A stretch of DNA of 64,000 nt from Candidatus Omnitrophota bacterium (GCA_022711115.1 JAKLFP010000001.1:261183-325182), one strand, 5' to 3'; positions 10,522 through 19,837 are shown, numbered from the stretch's first letter. The notes: generated from the letters alone by a model not told the origin. A program made the numbers and translations.

Positions 10522-10968
10522 TCAAGAGTTCCTCTTTATCCAATCCTCATCGGGCAACGAAGGCTTAGGGTCGGGTTCTATAAAAGAAAAATTACACTGG
10601 GGGCAATGCCCTCTTTCTAACACTGATAGAGCAGACTTGTAAAGCCCTTTTACTGGTATTGAAAATATTTTCCCGCAAGCAGGACAAATCCCCAACAAAG
10701 TTTCAAAGCCCACTCCGATACCGATCATGATAAACGTCAGGATTATGATTTTATCATAGGATTGCGTATGAGCGCTGAGCTCATAAAAAAGAGGCACTGC
10801 AAAAATCAAAGCAGCTACGATTTCAAACGATCTTATAAAAAAACTTAGCCTTTTGTAGGGCGCCAGCTTAAGAGGCAACCGGATAATTTTACTCATGATA
10901 AATTGTTTTACTAAAAAAACAACCAGCATCCAAAAAACAACGGTCATTATCAAATAAATCAAGCACAT
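10522..10968 (-). CDS. membrane protein with a C-terminal zinc ribbon
   Basis: Three predicted TM helices, then CPACGKIF...x17...CPQCNFSF. AAAGGGGG RBS. Confidence 0.45.
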   Translation of the reverse strand: MCLIYLIMTVVFWMLVVFLVKQFIMSKIIRLPLKLAPYKRLSFFIRSFEIVAALIFAVPLFYELSAHTQSYDKIIILTFIMIGIGVGFETLLGICPACGKIFSIPVKGLYKSALSVLERGHCPQCNFSFIEPDPKPSLPDEDWIKRNS

Positions 10969-11134
10969 ACGGCGCCCCCTTTATCGATAAAGTTTATTGT
11001 TTCAAAAATGAGGAGCAACTGCAAGAAAGAAAACCCGTTAAATCCTTCGGCCAATTGACGATTCAAATGACAGGTTGCTTGCTTTTCAAAGACTTAACAA
11101 GTAGCATGGGCACATTTAAAAGGGAGCGGAATAG

Positions 11135-12013
11135 ATGGAAGAAGCACTTTTAGATGCATTAAAAGACACGCTAGCCATGGTCCCCTGGCTCTTCGGGATC
11201 CACGTTGCGCTTGAATTCTTTGCAAAAAAAACAGAGGACTTCACCACTGAGAAAATCAGCCATAGAGGCAGTTTAGCTCCTTTTCTCGGTGCGGTTTTCG
11301 GCTGTATACCGCAATGTGGTTTTTCGGTCATCGCTGCCACGCTTTATGCCCGACAATGCATTTCACTCGGAACACTCCTGGCCGTTTTTATTTCCACTTC
11401 CGATGAGGCTATCCCAGTCATTCTTTCTCAGCAAGACAAAGCCCCGCTAGTCTTTTGGTTCCTGCTAACAAAAGTCGTTATCGGAACTATCGCGGGATAT
11501 ACCATCGATAGTCTCATCAAAAAGCCACCCTCTGAAAAAACCCATCTTCCTCATGAACACATCATTCCCTCAGCCGGACATCAGCATTGCTCCTGCCATA
11601 CCCACCAGGGCAAGGAGGCCTGGTGGAAAAGATATCTGTTCATTCCGTGGAGGCATACCATCAGGATTTCTTTTTTCGTTTTCCTTGTCTGTCTGGGACT
11701 CAACATACTCCTCGAACATACCGGAGCGGAAAACCTCTCGCGATTTTTCTTTTCCAATACATTGTTTCAGCCTATCATGACCATACTGATTGGTTTGATC
11801 CCTAATTGTGCCGCATCTGTAATCATCACCGAGGTTTACTTGAAAGACAGTATCAGTTTTGGCTCAGCGATCGCTGGCCTTTGTGCAAGCGCGGGACTTG
11901 GTACGATTGTTCTTTTTAAAGAAAACAAAAATACGAGAGAAACTTTTCAAATTATCGGACTTTTAGCCGGCATCAGTCTTTTGGCTGGTTGGATTCTGAA
12001 TGTTATCGGATAA
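11135..12013 (+). CDS. putative 10-TM metal(loid) permease (ArsP_2-like)
   Basis: Polytopic. Conserved GCIPQCGFSV Cys pair in TM2. His/Cys-rich cytoplasmic loop HLPHEHIIPSAGHQHCSCHTHQG. AAGGGAG RBS. Immediately upstream of a CDF gene. Confidence 0.45.
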   Translation: MEEALLDALKDTLAMVPWLFGIHVALEFFAKKTEDFTTEKISHRGSLAPFLGAVFGCIPQCGFSVIAATLYARQCISLGTLLAVFISTSDEAIPVILSQQDKAPLVFWFLLTKVVIGTIAGYTIDSLIKKPPSEKTHLPHEHIIPSAGHQHCSCHTHQGKEAWWKRYLFIPWRHTIRISFFVFLVCLGLNILLEHTGAENLSRFFFSNTLFQPIMTILIGLIPNCAASVIITEVYLKDSISFGSAIAGLCASAGLGTIVLFKENKNTRETFQIIGLLAGISLLAGWILNVIG

Positions 12014-12030
12014 AACACGGGAATAACCGT

Positions 12031-12951
12031 ATGATGTTATTCAAAAAACAAGTAAAAACAACGATGCTAGAAAATTCTCAAAAACACAAGCAATGGGCCG
12101 CCAACAGCTCTGTCCTTGCCGCTGTGGGCCTTACCGCCTTCAAAATCGTGACCGGTTTTATAACAGGCAGTCTCGGCATTATTGCCGAGGCCGCTCACTC
12201 AGCCCTCGACTTTGTTGCCGCGGCCATGACAGCGATCGCAGTCCGCCTCTCGGGAAAGCCGGCGGACGACGAACACCCTTACGGACACGGCAAAATTGAA
12301 AATCTTTCCGCGCTTTTTGAAACATTGCTCCTCTTGGTCACCTGTTTCTGGATCATTACGGCCGCATTTCAACGGATCCATTCCGGCAAGATCGATATTG
12401 AAGTCAATATCTGGTCTTTTATCGTGATGTTCACTTCTATTATTGTGGATATCTCCAGGTCTCGCATGCTGTACAAAGCCGCTAAAAAGTATAACAGCCA
12501 GGCCCTCGAAGCTGACGCACTTCATTTCAGCACGGATATCTGGAGTTCTTTGGTGGTCATTCTGGGTCTTTTTTGCGTGAAACTCAGTGAGTGGTTCCCG
12601 GAATTAAAATTCCTGCATCTTGCGGATTCTTTTTCCGCCATCGGAGTTGGGATGATCGTGATCTTTCTCTGCATGAAATTGGGCATGCGGACAATCAGCG
12701 CTCTTTTGGATACCGCCCCCGCCGGGTTGGAACAAAAAGTCATCGCCGTGGTCGAGGTCATCCCCGGCGTTGTGGATTGCCATCATGTGCGGATCCGTTC
12801 CTCAGGACCGCATCTTTTCATTGATTTTCACGTCCTGGTGGATGGGAATCAATCCTTGCGTGACGCTCATAAATTAACCGAAGACATTGAACGCGCCGTC
12901 CAAAAAGTCGCACCCAATTCCGATGTCACAGTCCACCCTGAGCCGGATTGA
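12031..12951 (+). CDS. cation diffusion facilitator family divalent-metal efflux transporter
   Basis: AHSALDFVAAAMTAIAV...HPYGHGKIE, HFSTDIWSSLVVI, and a C-terminal cytoplasmic domain. Start chosen at the ATG after the previous gene's stop. Confidence 0.85.
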   Translation: MMLFKKQVKTTMLENSQKHKQWAANSSVLAAVGLTAFKIVTGFITGSLGIIAEAAHSALDFVAAAMTAIAVRLSGKPADDEHPYGHGKIENLSALFETLLLLVTCFWIITAAFQRIHSGKIDIEVNIWSFIVMFTSIIVDISRSRMLYKAAKKYNSQALEADALHFSTDIWSSLVVILGLFCVKLSEWFPELKFLHLADSFSAIGVGMIVIFLCMKLGMRTISALLDTAPAGLEQKVIAVVEVIPGVVDCHHVRIRSSGPHLFIDFHVLVDGNQSLRDAHKLTEDIERAVQKVAPNSDVTVHPEPD

Positions 12952-13133
12952 TCCAAAGCTCTAAAAACTCTTTGTCTCCACTGGAATCAAAATTTTAATG
13001 AATGCCAGTACCGCTTCACGCTTGCGAGAATGACATACGATTTTCGAGGATGCGTCTACTTAAGAAACTGCTTCTAAGTCTGCTCCCTTTTTTGTTCTAC
13101 ACACCCTTTGCGGGCAAATCTGCCCTTCAAACT

Positions 13134-13149
13134 TGGCATGCCTTTTGCT
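13134..13149 (+). promoter_or_regulatory. sigma-54 (-24/-12) promoter for amtB-glnK
   Basis: TGGCATG-CCTT-TTGCT matches the TGGCAC-N5-TTGCW consensus with exact GG/GC spacing, about 105 nt upstream of the amtB ATG. Confidence 0.55.
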
Positions 13150-13255
13150 CTACATATTTGTATAAATGGTCGATTTTATGAAATTTTTAGAAACTACAAA
13201 AATGTAGAACAAATTCGTCAAAAAACTTTAAAAATGACAAAAGAGGAGGAATCGG

Positions 13256-14584
13256 ATGAAAAACATAAGGAAGCTTTTATGGGGTCTAGCAGGATTCATT
13301 ATTCTGATGGGAGGATCTCGGGCAGCGATGGCCGAAGAAATTGCCGTTTCTCCCATAAATACCGGCGATACAGCATGGGTGTTGATCTGTGCGGGACTTG
13401 TATTTTTGATGACGCCGGGGCTTGCCTTTTTTTATGGAGGCCTGGTGCGTAAAAAAAATATGCTCTCTGTGTTGATGCAATGTTTCATGCTGGCAAGCAT
13501 CATCACGCTGCAATGGATTCTGTTCGGTTACAGCCTTTCGTTCGGCCCTGATATCAAAGGATTTATTGGCAGTTTAAGCTGGGCGGGACTTAACGGCGTC
13601 GGCGTAGTACCTTACGCGGATTACTCCGCAACGATCCCGCATCAGACTTTTATGATCTATCAAGCGATGTTCGCCATCATTACACCAGGTCTCATTCTGG
13701 GTGCCTTCGCGGAAAGAATGAAGTTCTCCTCTTTCTGCGTTTTCTCCCTTCTTTGGGCAACCATTGTTTATGATCCTGTGGCTCACTGGGTGTGGGGTGT
13801 CGGAGGATTCCTTCGCAATGCAGGCGCGCTTGACTTTGCGGGAGGCACCGTGGTCCATATCAACGCAGGAATTGCGGCCCTTGTGGCAGCTCTGATTTTA
13901 GGAAAGCGGAAAGGTTACCCGCAGCATATGTCCCCGCCTCACAATCTTCCGTTCGCTGTGTTAGGCGCCAGCATTTTGTGGTTCGGTTGGTTCGGTTTCA
14001 ACGGTGGAAGCGCTTTAGCCGCTAATGGCCTTGCGACAAGCGCTTTAGTGGCCACCCACGTTGCCGCTGCAGCCGCAGGCTTGACCTGGTCACTGTTGGA
14101 ATGGAAGTTTAATTCGAAGCCAACCATGCTGGGTATCATCACAGGGGCTGTCGCAGGACTCGTGGCCATCACCCCGGCCGCAGGATTTGTCAACGCGGTT
14201 GATTCAATCTGGATCGGGGCCGGCGTTTCAGTGATCTGCTATTTCTTCGTCGCCGTGGTGAAACCCAAACTCGGATATGATGATTCTTTGGATGCTTTCG
14301 GTGTCCACGGCGTCGGTGGCATTTGGGGAGCGCTAGCAACAGGTCTTTGGGCCAATAAAACGGTCAATGCTGCCGGAAACAACGGCCTTTTTTACGGAAA
14401 CCCGGGGCTTTTATTTGTCCAGCTCAAAGCGGTCCTGATCACTATCGTTTATTCGTTCATTTTCTCTTGGATCCTTTTGAAGATCGTCGATGCGATCATG
14501 GGATTGCGCGTCTCAGAGGAAGAAGAGCGGATCGGGTTGGACGTCACACAGCACCGCGAATCAGGTTACACTATCTTAGATTAA
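13256..14584 (+). CDS. amtB: ammonium transporter (Amt family)
   Basis: Signal peptide, 11 TM. Motifs DTAWVLICAGLVFLMTPGLAFFYGG and DFAGGTVVHINAGIAALV. GAGGAGGA RBS. Confidence 0.95.
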   Translation: MKNIRKLLWGLAGFIILMGGSRAAMAEEIAVSPINTGDTAWVLICAGLVFLMTPGLAFFYGGLVRKKNMLSVLMQCFMLASIITLQWILFGYSLSFGPDIKGFIGSLSWAGLNGVGVVPYADYSATIPHQTFMIYQAMFAIITPGLILGAFAERMKFSSFCVFSLLWATIVYDPVAHWVWGVGGFLRNAGALDFAGGTVVHINAGIAALVAALILGKRKGYPQHMSPPHNLPFAVLGASILWFGWFGFNGGSALAANGLATSALVATHVAAAAAGLTWSLLEWKFNSKPTMLGIITGAVAGLVAITPAAGFVNAVDSIWIGAGVSVICYFFVAVVKPKLGYDDSLDAFGVHGVGGIWGALATGLWANKTVNAAGNNGLFYGNPGLLFVQLKAVLITIVYSFIFSWILLKIVDAIMGLRVSEEEERIGLDVTQHRESGYTILD

Positions 14585-14602
14585 CCAGGGAGGAAAAGAG
14601 CC

Positions 14603-14944
14603 ATGAAATACATTATCGCAGTTATTCAGCCGGACCGGTTGGAAGAAGTCCTCCGAATCCTGGAAGAAAAAGAAATCCATCTGGTCACCGTATCGAGCGT
14701 TCTCGGAAGGGGCCGCCAGAAAGGAATTTCCGAAGTCTACCGGGGGCACAAGGAAGGCGGCAGGCTTCTGAAAAAAGTGAAACTCGAGATTGCCGTCAAC
14801 GAAGAGTTCGTGAAATCTACAGTGGACGCGATCAAGGAAGGCGCGCGGACCGGGCATATCGGAGACGGAAAAGTTTTTGTCCTGGATCTTCAGGAATGTT
14901 TCCGGATACGCACCGGAGAAACTGGAAAAGACGCAATCGGATAA
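14603..14944 (+). CDS. glnK: nitrogen regulatory protein P-II
   Basis: MKYIIAVIQPDRLEEV...RGHKE...GDGKVFV with a T-loop region. The amtB-glnK pairing is conserved. Confidence 0.9.
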   Translation: MKYIIAVIQPDRLEEVLRILEEKEIHLVTVSSVLGRGRQKGISEVYRGHKEGGRLLKKVKLEIAVNEEFVKSTVDAIKEGARTGHIGDGKVFVLDLQECFRIRTGETGKDAIG

Positions 14945-14965
14945 AAAATCTTTCTCCTTCAAATC

Positions 14966-15016
14966 TTTACCGCTGTTGAAAATCATCGGTCCTGATGATT
15001 CCAGCAGCGGTAAAGT
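14966..15016 (+). terminator. long imperfect hairpin downstream of glnK (putative terminator or attenuator)
   Basis: CTTTACCGCTGTTGAAAATCATC-ggtcc-GATGATTCCAGCAGCGGTAAAG two-segment stem. The following tract is pyrimidine-rich, not a clean U-run. Confidence 0.3.
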
Positions 15017-15094
15017 CTTCCCCCTTTCCCCTTTCTCGAGTTTGAGCTACAATAAATCAACATTTCAAGAATCTTCAAACTCTAAGGAGAAATC

Positions 15095-15178
15095 ATGGCA
15101 AAAAAAGCGAAAAAAGCTTCCAAGAAAAAAACAAAGAAAACAGCTAAAAAATCACGCTGCGGTTGCTGCTGCAGATAA
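15095..15178 (+). CDS. 27-aa Lys-rich peptide ending in a CGCCC cluster
   Basis: Strong RBS AAGGAGA 4 nt upstream. MAKKAKKASKKKTKKTAKKSRCGCCCR. Followed by a perfect hairpin. Confidence 0.4.
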   Translation: MAKKAKKASKKKTKKTAKKSRCGCCCR

Positions 15179-15190
15179 TCCACCTTCAAA

Positions 15191-15220
15191 CTGACGCGGT
15201 TCTTCTATAGACCGCGTCAG
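15191..15220 (+). terminator. perfect 10-bp hairpin (terminator or attenuator) between the two micro-ORFs
   Basis: CTGACGCGGT-tcttctatag-ACCGCGTCAG followed by TTGTCT. Confidence 0.35.
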
Positions 15221-15237
15221 TTGTCTGAGAGAATGTC

Positions 15238-15387
15238 ATGAAAAAAAAGGAAGATCCCGGTACAAAGAAACAAGGTTTTTTTTCCAGATGGCTGGAAAAG
15301 CTCGACAAAAAACTCGAAGAAAAAGCCAAAAAAAACGGCTGCGGGTGCTCCCCTAAGGATCAAAAGGGAGATTCATGCTGCGGCTGA
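15238..15387 (+). CDS. 49-aa Lys-rich peptide with a CGC...SCCG cysteine cluster
   Basis: [59 protein letters not shown]. The stop overlaps the start of the downstream permease. Confidence 0.35.
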   Translation: MKKKEDPGTKKQGFFSRWLEKLDKKLEEKAKKNGCGCSPKDQKGDSCCG

Positions 15388-16337
15388 CCGCCGACTGGAT
15401 TGTCTACTCTCTCTTACGGCTTCCTCCTGAGGCAAAATGGGCGGAAGCCGTTCATTTTTTTATTTATGATTCTGTCAAGATCCTGTCCTTGCTTTTCATA
15501 ATGATCGCGGGAATCGGCCTTCTCAGGACTTACCTGCCTCAGGAAAAACTTAAGGGCTGGCTCACTCAAAAAAAAGGGTGGGGAAATTTCTTTGCCGCTC
15601 TTTTCGGCGCGGTCACGCCTTTCTGTTCCTGTTCTTCCATCCCTATTTTTCTCAGCTTTCTAAAGGCAGGGATCCCTCTTGGGATTGGCTTCTCTTTTCT
15701 GATCACTTCCCCTCTAATCAACGAATATCTGGTCGTATTGATGTTTGGTTTTTTCGGCTGGAAGATCACGCTTGCCTATATTGCAAGCGGCATGATGATC
15801 GGCACCGCTTGCGGGTTCGTGATCGGAAAAATGCGGCTTGAAAAATATCTGGTACAGGATATGTTCCCTACTAGACCTGAGGAACAAGAGAGGAAAGATT
15901 TCCGGGGATTGTTGCCGCGAATCCGTTTCGGGATCCGCGAAGCCCTGCTGATCACCAAAAAACTATGGCCCTGGATCCTCCTCGGCGTGGGTGCCGGCGC
16001 TTTGATCCATAACTATGTGCCGGAACAAAGTATCCACACCGTAATGCAAAAAACCGGTTTTTGGGCTGTCCCGGCCGCAACGGTCCTCGGCGTTCCGATG
16101 TACGGAAGTTGTGCGGCGATCATTCCCATCGCCGTCGTCCTGTTCCAAAAAGGCGTGCCTCTCGGAACCGCGCTCGCTTTTATGATGGCTGTTGCGGCAT
16201 TGAGCCTGCCTGAAGCGATCATGTTGCGGAGAGCCATGAGACTCCATTTGATCGGCATTTTTTTCGGCGTCACAACACTTGCGATCATTTTCACGGGCTA
16301 TGCCTTCAATATCCTTCAAGGGATCCTTGCTCCATGA
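15375..16337 (+). CDS. DUF318 / ArsP-like permease with TPFCSCS motif
   Basis: [16 protein letters not shown] matches the TPFcSCSxxP signature of ArsP organoarsenical efflux permeases. 8-10 TM. Confidence 0.7.
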   Translation: MLRLTADWIVYSLLRLPPEAKWAEAVHFFIYDSVKILSLLFIMIAGIGLLRTYLPQEKLKGWLTQKKGWGNFFAALFGAVTPFCSCSSIPIFLSFLKAGIPLGIGFSFLITSPLINEYLVVLMFGFFGWKITLAYIASGMMIGTACGFVIGKMRLEKYLVQDMFPTRPEEQERKDFRGLLPRIRFGIREALLITKKLWPWILLGVGAGALIHNYVPEQSIHTVMQKTGFWAVPAATVLGVPMYGSCAAIIPIAVVLFQKGVPLGTALAFMMAVAALSLPEAIMLRRAMRLHLIGIFFGVTTLAIIFTGYAFNILQGILAP

Positions 16338-17065
16338 TAAATACAGAAACCACAAAGCATCCGGTTGTTTTTGAAGATGACCATCTCCTCATCATCAACA
16401 AACCCCACGGCGTGCTCTCTCACCCCAACCCAAATCACAAAACTTCCTCCGCCGCGTTCGAAGGAAATTATGATTTTGATGACCGCCGTTTTGACACTCC
16501 CCGGGGTCCTGTTTGGCTGATCCACCGTCTCGACCAGGACACTTCTGGAGTCCTTCTCGGGGTGAAAAATAAAAAGAGCGCACAGATTTGCCGTGAAACT
16601 TTTGAGCAGAGAAAGGTAGAAAAGGATTATCTTGCTCTTGTTTCCAGAAAACCCATGCCGCCGCAAGGCAAATGGAAAGATTCCTTGAAGGAACGCCGAA
16701 CCGGAAGTAGTGTTCGCGCGATGATCAGCCGTTCCGGTCCGCCCAATGCTTTTCTTGCTTATAGACTGAAAGAGTTTTTCCCGAAACTGAACCTCACCTT
16801 GCTGGAAATAAAGCTGGTCACCGGCAAGACGCATCAGATCCGGGTCCAGTCCGCCTGCCATGGACATTTCGTCGCCGGAGACAGGGTTTATGGAAATTTC
16901 GGACTTAACAAGGAACTGCGTCAGGCCATCGGTCTTAACCGTCTCTTCCTGCATGCCTGGCGGCTTGTGATCCGGCATCCTGTCACCAGTCAAATCCTTG
17001 AAGCAGAAGCGCCGTTGCCCGATGAGCTGGAAAAATGCTTGCTCGCGGCTTCTTTTAAAAAATGA
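16334..17065 (+). CDS. RluA-family RNA pseudouridine synthase (no S4 domain)
   Basis: Catalytic [12 protein letters not shown], KxYxALV, and the GKTHQIRVQ motif. ATGA overlap with the upstream permease. Confidence 0.85.
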   Translation: MINTETTKHPVVFEDDHLLIINKPHGVLSHPNPNHKTSSAAFEGNYDFDDRRFDTPRGPVWLIHRLDQDTSGVLLGVKNKKSAQICRETFEQRKVEKDYLALVSRKPMPPQGKWKDSLKERRTGSSVRAMISRSGPPNAFLAYRLKEFFPKLNLTLLEIKLVTGKTHQIRVQSACHGHFVAGDRVYGNFGLNKELRQAIGLNRLFLHAWRLVIRHPVTSQILEAEAPLPDELEKCLLAASFKK

Positions 17066-18702
17066 AGCTGCTGCTTTTACAGCCTCCGGTCCAGGATTTT
17101 TATGAAACAGATGTCCGGCTTCAGCCGATCGGACTTGCGTATTTAAAAGCCGCCATCGCGCAACACCATCCGGACGTCCAAGTCCTCGTTAAAAACTATC
17201 ACCATGGCTGGGGCCGGAAAACGATCCCTCTGCCCAGGGAGTTTTCATACCTCAAAAAGTTCTACGCCAAAGACGATAAAAGTCCTTTTTCGACATTTCA
17301 CCATTATTATCATTTCGGCGCTGATTTTGACGCCATCGCCGAAGATGTCGCCGGGGAAAAACCCGACATCGTGGGGATTTCCATCCTCTTCGCGCCCTAC
17401 TACCGCGAAGCTGTTCGATGCGCCTCCGCGATCAAAAAGAAATGGCATGCTCCGATCTTGGCCGGAGGCTCTTTTGTTTCCACGATGCCGAAATTCATCC
17501 TTTCCCATCCGGACATTGATCTGATCATTCAGGGAGAAGGTGAACGCGCTTTGGTGGAATTCCTGACGGCTTTAAAGCGCGGCAAAGGTTTTCGAGAAAT
17601 CCCGGGACTTGGGTTCAAAAAAAACACGCGCTTATTCTTAAATCCGAGAAAAGAAAATTTTAAGATCGGAGAGCTCCCCTTCCCGGACCTTTCAGACCTT
17701 CACGAAAAACATTACCTTTTCGAAAAAAAACCTATGTGTTTCATCGTTGCGTCACGCGGGTGTCCCTATCGATGCTCTTTCTGTTCCGTCCATAAAACCT
17801 TCGGATCCCGCTACCGAAAACGCCCCTCGGAAAACATTCTTGAGGAAATGAAATCACGCTACCGCGCCGGATACAGAGTCTTTGATTTTGAAGATGATAA
17901 TTTCGCTTTGAATCGCGAAGAAACTATATCTCTCTGCGAAAAAATCGCCGCGGCGTTCCCGAAAAGAGACATTCAACTTTTGGCAATGAACGGCATCTGC
18001 TATTGGACGCTGGACAGGAAACTGTTGAAACAAATGCGGCAGGCCGGTTTCACGCACCTCAATCTATCTCTCGTCAGTACCAACGGGACTCTTCTTAAAG
18101 CTGTCCATCGGCCTCATTTTCTCAAAAAATACCGTTCCGTCGTCAAAGACGCGGCACGCCTCGGCTTCCGGATCGTTTCTTATCAGATCCTTGGCCTTCC
18201 CGGAGAAAGCCTGGATTCGATGATCAAAACCATGATCTGCAACGCGGGATTGCCTGTCCTTTTGGGAGCTTCTCCTTTTTATTTGATCCCAAACTCACCG
18301 ATCGCAAACGACATCGAGGCTGAGACCGAGGAAGATATCTTTAAAGCGCGTCTGACCTCTATGGCAATCGAGACACCTCAGTTCGACCGTTCTGATATTT
18401 ACACTCTTTTCATCACGACAAGGATTCTTAACTTTTTAAAAGGGATCCCGGTCCGTTCCAACAAGTGCTCCCTCCAAAAAGCTCTTGCCGTCGCTTCAAG
18501 ATCGGCCCCGAGGTCAATGGCAGGCGTTGAAATATTAAAAAAATTATGGCATGAAAAACAATTTTATGCCTTCACCGCGAAAGGGCCGGAGCCGCTGCCG
18601 GAATTCAAGACTAAGTTGTTTTTCCGCGTTTGGGATAAACTTGATAAAATAGTCACGTTAGAAAATAAAATCATAACCATCCGGAGGTCTAACAACAGAT
18701 GA
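17062..18702 (+). CDS. B12-binding-domain radical SAM protein (class B)
   Basis: N-terminal cobalamin-binding Rossmann-like region, then the rSAM cluster motif SRGCPYRCSFCSV. ATGA overlaps with both neighbours. Confidence 0.85.
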   Translation: MKLLLLQPPVQDFYETDVRLQPIGLAYLKAAIAQHHPDVQVLVKNYHHGWGRKTIPLPREFSYLKKFYAKDDKSPFSTFHHYYHFGADFDAIAEDVAGEKPDIVGISILFAPYYREAVRCASAIKKKWHAPILAGGSFVSTMPKFILSHPDIDLIIQGEGERALVEFLTALKRGKGFREIPGLGFKKNTRLFLNPRKENFKIGELPFPDLSDLHEKHYLFEKKPMCFIVASRGCPYRCSFCSVHKTFGSRYRKRPSENILEEMKSRYRAGYRVFDFEDDNFALNREETISLCEKIAAAFPKRDIQLLAMNGICYWTLDRKLLKQMRQAGFTHLNLSLVSTNGTLLKAVHRPHFLKKYRSVVKDAARLGFRIVSYQILGLPGESLDSMIKTMICNAGLPVLLGASPFYLIPNSPIANDIEAETEEDIFKARLTSMAIETPQFDRSDIYTLFITTRILNFLKGIPVRSNKCSLQKALAVASRSAPRSMAGVEILKKLWHEKQFYAFTAKGPEPLPEFKTKLFFRVWDKLDKIVTLENKIITIRRSNNR

Positions 18703-19178
18703 ATCTTAAAAAAATTGCCACGTTTTTATTTTTTTTATTGCTCTCTCACTCTGCCGGGATTGTGGGCTCTTTTTTTACCATCCCGGCCATTCCGGAATGG
18801 TATAACTTTTTGCAAAAACCTTCGCTGTCGCCTCCTAATTGGGTTTTCGCGCCAGTCTGGACAACACTCTTCACCCTCATGGCCCTAGCCGCTTATCTGG
18901 TTTGGAACAAGGGAATGAAAGAGCCTGCCGTGCGTTCCGCGCTTGCCTTCTTCCTAGCCCAGCTTGCGTTGAACAGCCTATGGTCATTCGTCTTTTTCGG
19001 ACTGCGCTCCCCTTTCTACGGTCTTCTTGAGATTTTTGTTCTCTGGATCGCGATTTTGATTACAATATTGCAATTTCTCAAGATCTCAAAACTGGCTGCC
19101 GCACTCATGATCCCTTATCTTCTTTGGGTGAGTTACGCGAGCGGGCTTAATCTCGGGATTTTTCTTTTGAACCGTTAG
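18699..19178 (+). CDS. tspO: TspO/MBR tryptophan-rich sensory protein
   Basis: 5-TM Trp-rich protein: PEWYNFLQKPSLSPPNWVFAPVWTTLFTLMALAAYLVW. Confidence 0.8.
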   Translation: MNLKKIATFLFFLLLSHSAGIVGSFFTIPAIPEWYNFLQKPSLSPPNWVFAPVWTTLFTLMALAAYLVWNKGMKEPAVRSALAFFLAQLALNSLWSFVFFGLRSPFYGLLEIFVLWIAILITILQFLKISKLAAALMIPYLLWVSYASGLNLGIFLLNR

Positions 19179-19211
19179 CATCCGTTTAAATAGAAAGTTC
19201 GGTGTTTTAGT

Positions 19212-19835
19212 ATGGAATGGTTTCATGAATTTTTTTCAAAACTTTATCATTTTGAAGAGCTGATCCGCTGGGGAGGGTATTTTATCCTCACAGCTATTGT
19301 TTTCGCGGAAACAGGGCTTCTCGCGGGGTTTTTTCTTCCCGGTGACTCGCTTCTTGTAACGGCGGGCCTTGTGGCAGCGGTAGATAACAACTTGAACATA
19401 TGGGTCCTGAACACTCTGCTCTGCGTTGCCGCAATTGCCGGCGACACAACAGGATACTGGATTGGTTATTATTTCGGTCCTAAATTATTCAATAAGGAAG
19501 ATTCCTTTTTCTTTCACAAGGATCACTTGTTACGTACTCAAAAATTTTATGAAAAACACGGCCCGAAAACCATTGTCCTTGCGCGCTTTGTGCCGATCAT
19601 AAGGACTTTCGCACCTACTGTGGCTGGTGCGGGCAAAATGAATTACAGAAAATTTCTTGCCTATAATGTACTTGGAGGGATCGGCTGGGTCATGAGTATG
19701 ACGCTTTTAGGGTACTTTCTCGGTCGTTCGATTCCCAACATTGAAAAAAAAGTTCATTGGGTCATTTTGATCGTGATCGTGCTGTCTCTTTTACCGATCC
19801 TCAGGGAGTGGCTTCACAGCCGCAAAAAATCCTGA
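19212..19835 (+). CDS. DedA / SNARE-associated family membrane protein
   Basis: ETGLLAGFFLPGDSLLVTAG, ARFVPIIRTFAPTVAG. Confidence 0.85.
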   Translation: MEWFHEFFSKLYHFEELIRWGGYFILTAIVFAETGLLAGFFLPGDSLLVTAGLVAAVDNNLNIWVLNTLLCVAAIAGDTTGYWIGYYFGPKLFNKEDSFFFHKDHLLRTQKFYEKHGPKTIVLARFVPIIRTFAPTVAGAGKMNYRKFLAYNVLGGIGWVMSMTLLGYFLGRSIPNIEKKVHWVILIVIVLSLLPILREWLHSRKKS

Positions 19836-19837
19836 TC

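Noticed and set aside
14877-15194. 105-aa ORF overlapping the glnK 3' end
   Set aside because: It is out of frame with glnK and its 3' part is simply the alternative frame of the strongly signalled 27-aa micro-ORF, so it is probably not translated.
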